From Hydrurus foetidus (lineage: Eukaryota), in NCBI GenBank assembly GCA_900617105.1, contig UYFQ01000260.1, positions 186,001 through 250,000 on the forward strand: DNA of 64,000 nt, given 5' to 3'. How positions within the stretch are numbered: position 1 is the first letter of the stretch; every line of letters starts with the position of its first letter. The translations under genes were made by a program, and so were the position numbers. Under the pieces are notes generated by a model that had not been told where the DNA came from, did not search any database, and saw only the letters and a list, made by a program, of their open reading frames with translations. Shown piece after piece: positions 32,526 through 44,346 of the stretch.

Positions 32526-33864
32526 TTGCCCGCGCCGCAGCCGACCCAACGTCTAAACATCGCCGTGATCGGGGCCGGGATTTCCGGCTTGTCGGCCGCC
32601 TGGCTGCTCTCCAAGCGCCATGACGTTACCTGTATGAAGCCGACGGGCGGTTGGGCGCCACGCCAATACGGTGGCGGTCGAGGGCGTGCCGGTCGACACC
32701 GGCTTCATCGTTTACAACGAGCCCAACTATCCCAATCTGGTGGCGCTATTTGATCATTTGAACGTCCCCACGGTCGACAGCGACATGTCGTTCGGGGTCT
32801 CGCTGGACAACGGCGCACTGGAGTACAGCAGCAACAACCTGCTGGCCCAGAAGCGCAATGTGCTGAACTTCCGCTTCCTGAAGATGCTGCTGGACGTCAC
32901 GCGCTTCTACAAGACCGGGACGCGCGACATGCTGGAGCTGGAGAAGGGCGGGCTGTGCCGGCTGGACGACTATCTGCGCCAGCAGGGTTTCGGCAAGGCC
33001 TTCGCCGAGGATCACCTGCTGCCCCAGGCCGCGGCCATCTGGTCGGCCTCGATGAAGGATATCCGCGAGTTTCCCGCCGCCGCTCTGCTGCGGTTCTTCG
33101 ACAATCACGGTCTGATGCTGCCCATCGACAAGCGCCCGATCTGGCGCACCGTGGTCGGCGGCAGCCAGGCCTATGTCTCGCGCCTGGCCGCAGATTTCGA
33201 GGGCAAGGTGCTGCTGGGGCGGCCGGTGCGTCATATCCAGCGCGGGCCTGACGGCGTGACCATTGAGGACACTACCGGCGAGGCGCTGCTCTATGATCAC
33301 GTCGTGATCGGGGCCCATGCCGACCAGGCTTTGCGCATGCTGGACGCCCCGACGCCGGACGAGGTCGAGGTGCTGGGCGCCTTCCGCTACAGCCGCAACC
33401 GCGCGGTGCTGCACCGCGATCCCGGCCTGATGCCGCGCCGCAAGGCCGCCTGGGCCAGCTGGAACCATGTCGGCCGCCGCGCGGGCGGCGGCGCGGGCGG
33501 CGTGACCTACTGGATGAACAGGCTGCAGCCCCTGGACAGCGCCGATCCGTTCTTCCTGTCGCTCAATCCCGAGCGCACGCCCCGCGCCGAAGAGGTGCTG
33601 TACGATCAGGTCTATGAGCACCCGCTGTTCGACGGCCCGGCCATGCAGGCCCAGCGCCGTCTGTGGTCGCTGCAGGGCCGCGACCGCGTCTGGTACTGCG
33701 GCGCCTATTTCGGCTCGGGCTTCCACGAGGATGGCCTGCAGGCGGGCCTGGCCGTGGCCGAGCAACTGGGCGGCGGACGACGTCCGTGGGTAACGCCCAA
33801 TCCGTCGAGCCGGATCTTCGTCGATGACCCGGCCGCAGACGACCTGCGCGAGCTGGTGGCGTGA
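32526..33864 (+). CDS. FAD-dependent amine-oxidase-family oxidoreductase (UfaD-like), frameshifted N-terminus
   Basis: IAVIGAGISGLSAAWLL, VDTGFIVYNEPNYPNL, YCGAYFGSGFHEDGL. Confidence 0.88.
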
Positions 33865-34642
33865 CCCAGACGTCGGCGATCTATGTCGGCGAGGTCGCGC
33901 ACCAGAGGTCGCGGCCACGGCGTCATGGACTGCGCTATCGCGTCTTCATGCTGCTGCTGGATCTTGACGAGCTCGAGGCGCTGGACCGGCGGCTGAAATG
34001 GTTCTCGCTGGATCGCTTCAACCTGCTGTCCTTCCATAGCAGGGATCATGCGCAAACCCCGGGGCAGGGGGTCAAGGCGATGGTGCAGGCCAGGCTGGAC
34101 GCCCACGGCATCGACCTGCCGGACGCCAGGATTTCGCTGCTGTGCATGCCGCGCGTTCTGGGCCACGGCTTCAATCCGCTTAGCGTCTATTTCTGCCGTG
34201 ACGGGACGGGCGAGCTGAAGGCCATCGTCCATGCGGTGCGCAACACCTTTGGCCAGCGCCACGACTATGTCCTGCCGGTGCGGGGCGAGCGCGGCGGCTG
34301 GGTGCGGCAGGCCAGCGACAAGCTCTTTCACGTCTCGCCCTTCCTGCCGATGGATCTGCGCTACGTCTTCGAGATCGCCCCGCCGGGCGAGGCCGTGCAT
34401 GTGGGCATCGACGTCTTCGACGAAGAGGGGCTGAAGCTGGCGGCCAGTTTCGACGGCAGGCGCGTCGAGCTGACCGACAAGGCGCTGGGCCGGTCCTGAT
34501 GGGCCATCCGCTGCAGGTGGTCGGCGTTCTGGCGGGCATACACTGGGAAGCGCTGAAGATGGTGCTCAAGGGCTTTGGCCTGTTCGGCTCGCCCTCGCCG
34601 TCGGGCGTTGCCATCCCACAAGAAAAGGGCGGCGCGAGTTGA
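33861..34642 (+). CDS. DUF1365-family protein (UfaO-like), frameshift ~34497
   Basis: IYVGEVAHQR, PRVLGHGFNPLSVYFC, VRNTFGQRH.Y, KLFHVSPF, GIHWEALK. Confidence 0.88.
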
Positions 34643-34693
34643 GCCCGCGCCGCCGAAAGCTTTGATCTTCGCAGAGGAAGACCGCCGAGCCGG

Positions 34694-36208
34694 TCATCCG
34701 TAAGCCGACGAAGACCGGGCGGCCGGGGGCGGCTCGGCGAAACGGGCCGGCCAGGCGTTGAGCCACGCCTCAAGGTCGGCCAGGGCGCGCAGGCTCATCA
34801 GCCGCTTCTTGGCCCGGCCGCGCTCCTTCAGCGGGATCTTGACGCCGTCCTCGCCGGTCTTGGGGCTTCCATCGGCGGCAGCAGGCCGTAGTTGATGTTC
34901 ATGGGCTGGAAGCTGGTCTTGCCGGCTTCCACGTCGGCCGCGATGTGGCCGCCGGTGACGTGATCGACCAGGGCGCCCAGGGCGGTGGTGGCGGCGGCCT
35001 CCAGCGTCCGGCCCAGACGCTCGGCGGCGGCGAAGCGGCCGGCCAGCAGGCCGGTGGCGGCGCTTTCGACATAGCCCTCGACGCCGGTCATCTGGCCGGC
35101 GAAGCGCAGGCGCGGCTCGACCTTCATGCGCAGGGACCGGTCCAGCAGGCGCGGGCTGTTGATGAAGGTGTTGCGGTGCAGGCCGCCCAGCCGGGCGAAC
35201 TGGGCGTCCTTCAGGCCCGGGATCATCCGGAACACCTCGGCCTGGGCGCCGTGCTTCAGCTTGGTCTGGAAGCCGACCATGTTCCACAGGGTGCCCAGCG
35301 CATTGTCCTGGCGCAGCTGGACGATGGCGTAGGACTTGACCAGCGGGTCGCGCGGATTGGTCAGGCCGACGGGCTTCATCGGACCGTGGCGCAGGGTCTC
35401 GCGGCCGCGTTCGGCCATCACCTCGATGGGCAGGCAGCCGTCGAAATAGGGGACGTGCTCCCACTCCTTGAACTCGGCCTTGGGGCCGTCGAGCAGGGCG
35501 TCGATGAAGGCCTCATATTCCTGCTTGTTCATGGGCAGGTTGATATAGGCCGCCGCGTCGCCGCCGGGGCCTTCCTTGTCGTAGCGCGACTGGCGCCAGG
35601 CGAGGTCCATATCGATCGACTCGAGGTGGATGATCGGGGCGATGGCGTCGAAGAAGCTCAGCTGGCCCTCGCCCGACAGCTCCAGGATCGCGTCGGCCAG
35701 GGCCGGCGAGGTGAGGGGACCTGTGGCCACCACGACGCTGTCCCAGTCTGCGGGCGGCAGGCCGGCGATTTCCTCGCGCTGGATGGTCACCAGGGGGTGG
35801 GCCTCCAGACGGCGGGTGACCTCGGCCGAGAAGCCGTCGCGGTCGACGGCCAGGGCGCCGCCGGCGGGCACCTGATGCTGGTCGGCGGCCGACAGGATCA
35901 GCGAGTCCATCCGGCGCATCTCGGCATGCAGCAGGCCCACGGCATTGAACTGCCAGTCGTCCGAGCGGAACGAGTTCGAGCAGACCATCTCGGCCAGGCC
36001 GTCGGTGTGGTGGGCCTCGGTGCGGATTTTTTTTGTTTGCCCTATCGCTTCGCTGCTTGAGGGCGCTCCCGCCCGAGGGCTCGTCGCGTCGCATCTCGTG
36101 CAGCACGACGGGCACGCCGGCGCTGGCGATCTGCCAGGCGGCTTCGGAACCGGCGAGGCCGCCGCCGATGACGTGGATGGGGGCGATGGAGGAAGTCTGA
36201 GTGCTCAT
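34694..36208 (-). CDS. trmFO: Folate-dependent tRNA (uracil-5)-methyltransferase TrmFO (frameshifted; N-terminal repeat insertion)
   Basis: [73 protein letters not shown]. Confidence 0.95.
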
Positions 36209-36303
36209 GGGCGACCTCATACCCCCGGCTGTCGCCGAACGAAACCTGAGTGTAGGCTCACGGCAGTCCGGCGCGTTCGGCGCGGGCGAGCGCGGGGAAG
36301 CAG

Positions 36304-37159
36304 ATGGCCAAGATCTCGGTAGCGGGTTCGGCGTTCGCGGGCTTTGGCGTGATTTCGCGCCATCCGGGATCGTCGTGACCTGGGGTGTGGTGCTGCTGGT
36401 TCTGCCGTGGTTCCCGCCTGGCCTGCTGGCGGCCCTGGGACCGGAGCTCCTCAAGATCCAGACGATCCTGGCCAGCAAGGCGGAGATCGACCAGGTGGCC
36501 ATGCGCCAGATGATGCAGCTGCAGTCCGGCCTGATGCTGGTGCAGATCTCGGCGGCTGGCTGTGGAGCACCTTCATCAAGGCCCTGATCTGCTCGGCGGT
36601 GTTCCGCGCCGTGCTGCAGCCTGACCAGTCGCGCGCGCCTTCCTGCGGCTGGGCGCGCAGGAACTGTGGCTGACCCTGCTGTTCCTGGTGGTCAGCGTGC
36701 TGGCCTATATCGTTGCGGTGATTGCCGCCCTGGGTGTGGTGCTGCCGGCGTTCATCGTCGGTCTGGCCAGCGGAGCGCAGGGGCAGGGCCGGCGGCGGGA
36801 TTCCCTCACGGCGTCGGGCTTGGCCTGGTCGCGGTGGGGTGCTGGTGGCTGGGCCTCGCCTGTCCATGGCCGCGCCCATGACCTTCGCCGACGGTCAGTT
36901 TCGGCTGTTTGAATCCTGTCGCTGACGCGCGGTTCAGGCCTGGCGGCTGCTGGGCGTGGCGCTCCTGAGCCTGCTGATGGTCTTCGTCCTGGAGTTGATC
37001 GTGGCCGGCGTGGTGCTGGGCGCGATGTTCGCGGCGGGCGGGCCGCCGGTCTGGCTCAACGATCCTGAGGCCGTGCAGGCGTTCCTGGCGCAGCCGCCGC
37101 TCGATCTGCTGCGCCGCGTCTGGCCGTGGCTGGCCGTGGTGGGCCTGGTCGGGACCTGA
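36304..37159 (+). CDS. Multi-pass membrane protein, paralogue 1 (heavily frameshifted)
   Basis: Hydrophobic fragments; [10 protein letters not shown] and [15 protein letters not shown] motifs shared with neighbours. Confidence 0.6.
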
Positions 37160-37364
37160 TGGGTCGGGTCTGTTCGCGCTGTTCTGCGCGCCGTGGGCGG
37201 CCGCCTACAGGATCTGAGCCTGCCGCAGGACGCGTAACGCGGCGCGGCGCCACGTCCGGCGGAAATCCGTCCGAGCGTGAGCGCGACGCGTCGCAACCCG
37301 GCGCGGCGCGTCGTAAACAGGCTGCTCCGCGCGACTCAGCCGGGCAGTTTGACAGGGGCGTGCG

Positions 37365-38165
37365 ATGACGGATGGATCGGTCGTGATCGGGGCGACCGTT
37401 CGGGCGGGGGTGGCGGGCCTGGGTCCGTCGGTTCGCGCCTGCTGGGCCGCTCTGCTGACCGCCGTCGTGATCAGTGTTCTGACCCGCGTCCTGCCGCCGT
37501 CCGTGAGCGGTCTGGCGCCGCTGGCCGAGATCATCGCCATAGCCCTGGCCCTCGGGGCGCTCTATCGCCACGCCTTTGGCAAGTCCGCCGGTCTGGCCGG
37601 CCTGCGCTGGGGTCTGGATGAGTGGCGGTTGCTGGGCGTTCAGGCCCTGATTGCGGCCTTCCTGTTGGTTGTGACGGCGGTGCTGCTCCTGGTGGTCGGC
37701 GCCATCGCCCTGGGCGTGGCGCGGGCCAATGCGCCGGGCTTTGACGCCACCTCGTCCCAGGCCTGGCGCGACGCCCTGGCCGGTTCGGGACCCGGAACCA
37801 TCGTGGCCGGCGCCGCGCCGCTGCTGGGCCTGGCCCTGCTGCTCTGGCTGGCTGTGCGCCTGTCCCTGGCGGCGGCGGCCTCGGTGGACCAGTCGGGGGT
37901 GCGGGTGCTGAGCGCCTTTCCGCTGACGCGCGGCGTCGCCCTGCAGGTGCTGGTCGCCGGCGCTCTGCTGGCCGCCCCGGTCGCGGCCCTGCTGGCGGCG
38001 TTCAACCTGATCGGACGCTGGGCCGGTCCAGGCTTTGACGGCGTGCTGGCGGCGCTGGGCGCGGTCTTCGGCTATGTCTATCTGGCGCCGGTCTGGACCG
38101 GCGCGCTGGTTCACGTTTATCGACGCCGCCATGGCCCGGCCGTGTCGCCTTCGCGGGATGTCTAG
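37365..38165 (+). CDS. Multi-pass membrane protein, paralogue 2
   Basis: GLRWGLDEWRL, WLAVRLSLAAAASV, AFPLTRG. Confidence 0.75.
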   Translation: MTDGSVVIGATVRAGVAGLGPSVRACWAALLTAVVISVLTRVLPPSVSGLAPLAEIIAIALALGALYRHAFGKSAGLAGLRWGLDEWRLLGVQALIAAFLLVVTAVLLLVVGAIALGVARANAPGFDATSSQAWRDALAGSGPGTIVAGAAPLLGLALLLWLAVRLSLAAAASVDQSGVRVLSAFPLTRGVALQVLVAGALLAAPVAALLAAFNLIGRWAGPGFDGVLAALGAVFGYVYLAPVWTGALVHVYRRRHGPAVSPSRDV

Positions 38166-39039
38166 ATGACCTTGCTTTCGCCCGTCGACGCCGCCCTCGA
38201 AGGGCTGAGGATCATGCGCCGGCATCCCGTCGTGGTGCTGGCCTGGGCCGGGTTCTCTTTGGTGACGCTTCCGCTGCTGGGCCTGCTGGTCAAGATGGTG
38301 CTGGGCGAGCAGGACCGCGCCGATCTGGCGCTGCGCTCGTCGTCGGCCGACCCGCGCGAGATCCTCGACATCGTCTCTCGCCTGGGCGGGGTGATGGTGC
38401 TGCTGATCATGCTGGCCCTGGTGCTGGGCGCAATCCTGTCGGCGGCCATCATGCGCGCCGTGCTGCACCCGAGCAGCGGCGCTGGGCCTATCTGCGGGTC
38501 GGCCGCGAGGACCTTCGCCTGCTGGTGGTGTCGCTGATCCACTGGGCGGCCACCCTGATGGTGATGGTGATCCCCGGTGGCGTCGTGGCCCTGGGAACGG
38601 CGTTGCTGGGGGGCACGCCCGTCGCCGGCTGGTTCGGCTTCCTGGGCGCCCTGACCGTGATCGGCCTGTCGACCTGGGTGGCGGTGCGGCTGTCGCTGCT
38701 GGCGCCCCACGCCTTCATGGTCGGCCACATTGATCCGCGCGCCGCCTGGCTGCTGACCCACGGCCAGTTCTGGCGACTGCTGGCCATGCTGGTCATCGTC
38801 ATCGTGCTGTGCGTGATCGTCTCGATCCTGGGCGCCACGGTTTCCAGCATCGTCGGCGCGGTGCTCGCCGGGGGCCTGGAAGACCCCATCGCCGGCGGCC
38901 CGGCGGCCAGCCACCCGCGCCTGATCCTGGCCCTGCTGGCCAATCTTCTGCTGGCCCCGGTGTTCCTGACCCTGCAGGCGGTGATCGTCACCTCGGCCCC
39001 GCCGCCGCCCTGCGGCAGCTGACGGCGGGCGAGGCGTAA
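38166..39039 (+). CDS. Multi-pass membrane protein, paralogue 3 (frameshifted)
   Basis: AALEGLRIMRRHP, AIMRAVLHP, WVAVRLSLLAP, AWLLTHGQFWRLL. Confidence 0.7.
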
Positions 39040-39071
39040 AGTCAGCCTAAAGTCGATTTGAAGTCCTATTT

Positions 39072-39176
39072 CTTGTCATCCCGGAAGCCTCGCAGAGGCT
39101 GTCCGGGACCCAGGGGCCGGCGCATCGCGGTCCCCTGGGTCCCGGCTCTCCGCTTCGCTGCGGCCGGGATGACAAG
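39072..39176. repeat. Family B REP-like palindrome
   Basis: CTTGTCATCCCGGAAGCCTCGCAGAGGCTGTCCGGGACCCAGGGG...CCGGGATGACAAG. Confidence 0.85.
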
Positions 39177-39205
39177 CTTGTTTTGAGCTTGAACTTGAGT
39201 TAGGC

Positions 39206-39817
39206 TTAGGCCGCCGCGCTGGGCCGTGATCCGACCCGCTCGCGCCACGCGGCCAGATGCGGCGTCTCCTCCGGCTTCCAGGCCGATGAAGCTGGCGAAG
39301 TCGATCGTGGTCTGGGCCACGATGTCGGCGATGGAATAGGTCTCGCCGGCGATGAAGGCGCGGCCGTCGGCCAGTTCGCGATCCAGCCACTTCATGGCCC
39401 GGGCCACGGTCTCGCGGTTGGATTCGCCGAAGTCCTTGTTCTGCGTGAGCAGGGCGGCGGTCAGCGGATGGGCGTGGCGCCAGAACATGCCGACCGGGAT
39501 CAGCAGCTGGAACTCGATCCGCCGCACCCACATGTCGATCTGGGCCTGCTCCAGAGCTGTAGCGCCGAACATCGGCGGCTCGGGATGCAGGCCTCCAGAT
39601 AGCGGCAGATCGCGACGCTCTCGCTGATCATCGTCCCGTCGTCCAGTTCCAGCGTGGGGACCTGACCCAGGCTGTTGCGGGCCTTGTGCTCGGGCGACTT
39701 GTGACCCCCCTGGCGCATGCCGATGCGGATCTCCGGCAGGTCGACGCCCTTTTCGGCCAGGAAGATCCGCACCCGGCGCGGATTGGGCGCGGGGTTGGCT
39801 TCGCCATAGAGCTTCAT
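39206..39817 (-). CDS. Glutathione S-transferase (frameshifted)
   Basis: APNPRRVRIFLAEKG, NSLGQVPTLELDDG..ISESVAICRYL, FIAGETYSIADI. Confidence 0.9.
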
Positions 39818-39994
39818 CGTCGACCCTCCCGGATTGGCGACGCTGACGGCCGCATTCAAACAGATGTTAGAGTTGGCGAGGTGCGGCGGGCAAGCGGCAT
39901 TCGCGCTCAGGTCGATTTCGGCGTCCACGCCCTGTCGAAACGCCGCAAACCTTGTTACGCGTAGCGCCTGTCTCGTTCCGTCCCCGAGGGCCGC

Positions 39995-40912
39995 ATGTCC
40001 AAGTTCTCCGCCTCCGACGCCGCCTTCGTCGGCTTCCGGCTCGTGCGGGAGCATCCTCGGACCATTGCGCTGTGGGCGGCGCTGATGACGGTGCTGTCTT
40101 TGCTGACCAGCACCCTGACCATCAAGGTCGCCGGTCCGCAGCTGAACGCCTTCATGGCGCTCAGCGCTGACAACAACGCCTCGCCCGAGGAGATGTTGGC
40201 GATCATGGGCGGCCTGGCGCCGCTGATGGGCGTATCGCTGATCTACAGCCTGGCGCTCTATTCGGTGATGCTGGCGGCGGTGAACCGCATGGTCCTGCAG
40301 CCGGGCGACAGCCGCTCGGCCTATCTGCGCTTTGGCGCGGATGAGGTGCGGCAGGCCGGGGCGCTGATCCTGGTGAATCTGATCATTCTGGCGGTCTATG
40401 TCACGGCCATCCTGCTGTCGGCCATCCTGGTGGGGATCGGCGTGGCGGCGGGGGGCGGCGCCATCGCGGCGCTCATGGGCCTGATCGGCTTTGTCGGCGT
40501 GGCCTGCCTGATGATCTATTTCGCCGTGCGGCTGTCCTTTGCCTCGACCATGACCTTTGACACCGGCCGCATCGCCATCCGGGCCTCCTGGGCCATGACC
40601 AAGGGCCACGTCGGCGCGATGCTGGGCGCCTATGTGCTGGCGGTGGTGATGGCGGTCATCGTCTATCTGCTGATCATGACCATCGTGGCCGCCGTGGGCG
40701 TGATCGCCTCGGGCGGCATCGACGGCCTTGGCGGCCTGTTCGAACCGGACATGAGCTCGCTGGAGACCTTCTTCACGCCGATCGGCCTGGCGCGGGCGGT
40801 GTTTGCGGGCGTGATCTCGGTGCTGACCTCGCTGATCATCTTCTCGCCGGCCCCGGAGATCTATCGGATCCTCAAGGCGGGTGGGGAGACGGCCCCTGCT
40901 TCCGAACAATAG
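39995..40912 (+). CDS. Multi-pass membrane protein, paralogue 4
   Basis: AAFVGFRLVREHP, AVNRMVLQP..AYLRFGADEVR, YFAVRLSFA, SWAMTKGH. Confidence 0.8.
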   Translation: MSKFSASDAAFVGFRLVREHPRTIALWAALMTVLSLLTSTLTIKVAGPQLNAFMALSADNNASPEEMLAIMGGLAPLMGVSLIYSLALYSVMLAAVNRMVLQPGDSRSAYLRFGADEVRQAGALILVNLIILAVYVTAILLSAILVGIGVAAGGGAIAALMGLIGFVGVACLMIYFAVRLSFASTMTFDTGRIAIRASWAMTKGHVGAMLGAYVLAVVMAVIVYLLIMTIVAAVGVIASGGIDGLGGLFEPDMSSLETFFTPIGLARAVFAGVISVLTSLIIFSPAPEIYRILKAGGETAPASEQ

Positions 40913-40913
40913 C

Positions 40914-41015
40914 TTGTCATCCCGGAAGCGCGTAGCGCTATCCGGGACCCAGGGGCCGGCGCACTGCCGGGCCCCTGGGGCCCGGCTCTCCGCTACGCTG
41001 CGGCCGGGATGACAA
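40914..41015. repeat. Family B REP-like palindrome
   Basis: TTGTCATCCCGGAAGCGCGTAGCGCTATCCGGGACCCAGGGG...CCGGGATGACAA. Confidence 0.85.
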
Positions 41016-41026
41016 CAGTTTGAGCG

Positions 41027-41540
41027 CTAAGCCCGCTTGCTCTTCTTCAGCTCCGCCACCCGCGCCTTGCGGCGCACCTCGTGGCGGTCCAGCACGTCCT
41101 TCAGATAGCGCCCGGTCCATGAGGCCTCGACCTTGGCCACGTCCTGGGGCGAGCCGACGGCGACGATCTCGCCGCCGCCGTCGCCGCCTTCGGGACCGAA
41201 GTCCAGCAGCCAGTCGGCGGTCTTCACCACGTCGAGATTGTGCTCGATGACGACCACGGTGTTGCCCTGGTCGACCAGCTCGTGCAGCACTTCCAGCAAC
41301 TTCTTGGTGTCTTCGAAGTGCAAGCCGGTGGTCGGCTCGTCGAGGATGTAGAGCGTGCGGCCGGTGGCGCGCTTGGACAGCTCCTTGGACAGCTTGACCC
41401 GCTGGGCTTCACCCCCGGAGAGCGTCGTCGCTGACTGGCCGACCTTGATATAGGTCAGGCCCACGCGCTTGAGCGTTTCCATCTTGTCGCGGATCGGCGG
41501 CACGGCCTTGAAGAAGTCAGCGGACTCCTCGACGGTCATG

Positions 41541-41573
<33 letters not shown>

Positions 41574-41672
41574 AGGATGTCGAGGGTCTCGCGGTTGTAG
41601 CGCTTGCCCTTGCAGACGTCGCAGGTGACGTAAACGTCGGGCAGGAAGTGCATCTCGATCTTGATCAGGCCG

Positions 41673-41713
<41 letters not shown>

Positions 41714-43610
41714 GCTGAAGCGGCCGGGGCCATAGCCGCGCGCCTTGCTTTCCGGCAGCTGGGCGAACCAGTCGCGGATCGGGCCGAAGGCGCCGGTATA
41801 GGTCGCCGGGTTCGAGCGCGGGGTGCGGCCGATGGGCGACTGGTCGATGTCGATGACCTTGTCGAAATTCTCCAGCCCCTCGATGCGCTCATGCTGGGCC
41901 GGGGCCTCGGACGCATTGTTCAGGCGACGGGCGGCGGCCTTGTAGAGGGTCTCGATCGTGAAGGTCGACTTGCCGCCGCCGGAAACGCCGGTGATGCAGG
42001 TGAAGGTGCCGACCGGGATTTCACCCGTCACGCCCTTGAGGTTGTTGCCGGTGGCGCCGATGACGCGCAGCATCTTCTTCCTGTTGATCGGCCGGCGCTC
42101 TTGCGGAACCTCGATCTCGCGGGCGCCGGTCAGGTACTGGCCGGTGATGCTGTTGGGATTGGCCATGATGTCGGCCGGCTTGCCCTCGGCGACGATCTCG
42201 CCGCCGTGCACGCCCGCCGCCGGGCCCATGTCGATCACATAGTCGGCGGTGAGGATGGCCTCCTCGTCATGCTCGACCACCAGCACCGAATTGCCCAGGT
42301 CGCGCAGGCCCTGCAGCGACTGCAGCAGCCGGGTGTTGTCGCGCTGGTGCAGGCCGATCGACGGCTCGTCCAAGACGTACAGCACGCCGGTCAGGCCCGA
42401 GCCGATCTGGCTGGCCAGACGGATGCGCTGGCTCTCGCCGCCCGACAGGGTGCCCGAGCCGCGTGACAGGTTCAGATAGTCCAGGCCCACATCGACCAGG
42501 AACCGCAGGCGATCATTGATCTCCTTCAGGATCCGCCGGGCGATCTCCATCTGCTTGTCGCTGAACTGGGCTTCCAGGCCGGCGAACCAGTCCTTGGCCG
42601 GACGGATGGCCAGCATCGAGACGGCCGCGATGTCCATGCCGGCGATCTTCACCGCCAGGGCTTCCGGCTTCAGGCGCTTGCCGTGGCAGACCTCGCAGGG
42701 GTGTCGGACTGGTAACGGCCCAGTTCCTCGCGCACCCAGGCGCTGTCGGTCTCGCGCCAGCGGCGTTCGAGGTTGGCATCACCCCCTCGAAGGGCTTCTC
42801 GACCTCGTATTTGCGGGCGTTGTCGTCATAGATGAACTTGATCTTTGTGCCGCCCGAACCTTGCAGCACCACGTCGCGGGCGCTCTGGGCCAGCTTGTGC
42901 CAGGGCTCGTCCATCGAGAAGCCGTAGTGGCGGGCCAGGGCCTGCAGGGTCTGGGTGTAGAGCGGCGAGGGGCCCTTGGCCCAGGGCGCGATGGCGCCCT
43001 TGTGCAGGGCCTTGTCCTTGTCGGGCACCACCCGGTCGGCGTCAAAGGCCAGCTTGGCGCCCAGACCGTCGCAGGCCGGGCAGGCGCCCGCCGGATTGTT
43101 GAACGAGAACAGTCGCGGCTCGATCTCGGCGATCGTGAAGCCGCTGACCGGGCAGGCGAAGCGTTCCGAGAACAGCAGCCGCTTGGGCTCCTTCTCGCCC
43201 TCGTCGATCGTGGCCCATTCGGCCACGGCGAGACCGTCGGCCAGGCGCAGGGCCTGCTCGATGGAGTCCGCCAGCCGCTGTTCCATGTCGGGCTTGGTGA
43301 CGATGCGGTCCACGACCACGTCGATGTCGTGCTTGAACTTCTTGTCGAGGGCCGGGGCGTCCTCGATCGGATAGTATTCGCCGTCGATCTTCAGCCGCTG
43401 GAAGCCGGCCTTCTGCCACTCGGCGATCTCCTTCTTGTACTCGCCCTTGCGGTCGCGAACGACCGGGGCCAGCAGATAGAGACGCGTGCCCTCGGGCAGG
43501 ACGGTGATCTTGTCGACCATCTGGCTGATGGTCTGGCTTTCGATCGGCAGGCCGGTGGCGGGCGAGTAGGGCGTGCCGACCCGCGCCCACAGCAGGCGCA
43601 TATAGTCGTG

Positions 43611-43643
<33 letters not shown>

Positions 43644-43656
43644 ATTGCGCGAGGTG

Positions 43657-43688
<32 letters not shown>

Positions 43689-43934
43689 ACCCTCGATCAG
43701 GTCGACGTCCGGCTTGCTCATCAGTTCCAGGAACTGGCGCGCATAGGCTGACAGGCTCTCGACATAGCGCCTCTGACCCTCGGCATAGATGGTGTCGAAC
43801 GCCAGCGAGCTCTTGCCCGAGCCCGACAGGCCGGTCAGCACCACCAGTTCGCCGCGCGGGATATCGACGCTGACGTTCTTGAGATTGTGCTCGCGGGCGC
43901 CGCGCACGCGGATGAAGTTCAGTTGTTCGGCCAT
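41027..43934 (-). CDS. uvrA: Excinuclease ABC subunit A (indels ~42700-42785)
   Basis: [68 protein letters not shown], zinc-finger CxxC motifs. Confidence 0.98.
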
Positions 43935-44013
43935 GTTTTCCGGAACGCAGAGAGCCGCCAGGAGGGTGCAGCGCGGCGGCTATATGTAGGGCTCGATCCG
44001 GGAATTAACACAA

Positions 44014-44028
44014 GAACAAGATGCGAAC
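44014..44028. promoter_or_regulatory. LexA (SOS) box
   Basis: GAAC-AAGATGC-GAAC (GTTC-N7-GTTC on the minus strand), the alphaproteobacterial consensus, 80 bp upstream of uvrA. Confidence 0.85.
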
Positions 44029-44178
44029 AAACGTCGCGCTTCGCAAGCTGCGCCGCCTGCTGACAGTAGGTGTCAGCAGGGTGTCACGGCGCGGGGTTTG
44101 GTTTCCGGCGCTTAACCGCCTTTGAAAGCGCCATCTTCAGCAGTGTCTGGCTCAATGGCTCCAGAAACGGAGCGCATC

Positions 44179-44346
44179 ATGAGCAAGGCCGCCAAGCCCG
44201 CCAAGTCTGACAAGCATGATCAGGGCAAGCAGGCGATCCGTGACGCCCATGGTCCAAAGCCGCGCAATCCGGTCGTCGACTTCATGGTGTTCATCGGCGG
44301 CGTCGGCTCGCTGATCTATGTGTTCAACACCATCGCGCCGAACTAG
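44179..44346 (+). CDS. Small (55 aa) single-pass membrane protein
   Basis: GGAG RBS then MSKAAKPAKSDKH...PRNPVVDFMVFIGGVGSLIYVFNTIAPN; high-GC3 codons. Confidence 0.6.
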   Translation: MSKAAKPAKSDKHDQGKQAIRDAHGPKPRNPVVDFMVFIGGVGSLIYVFNTIAPN

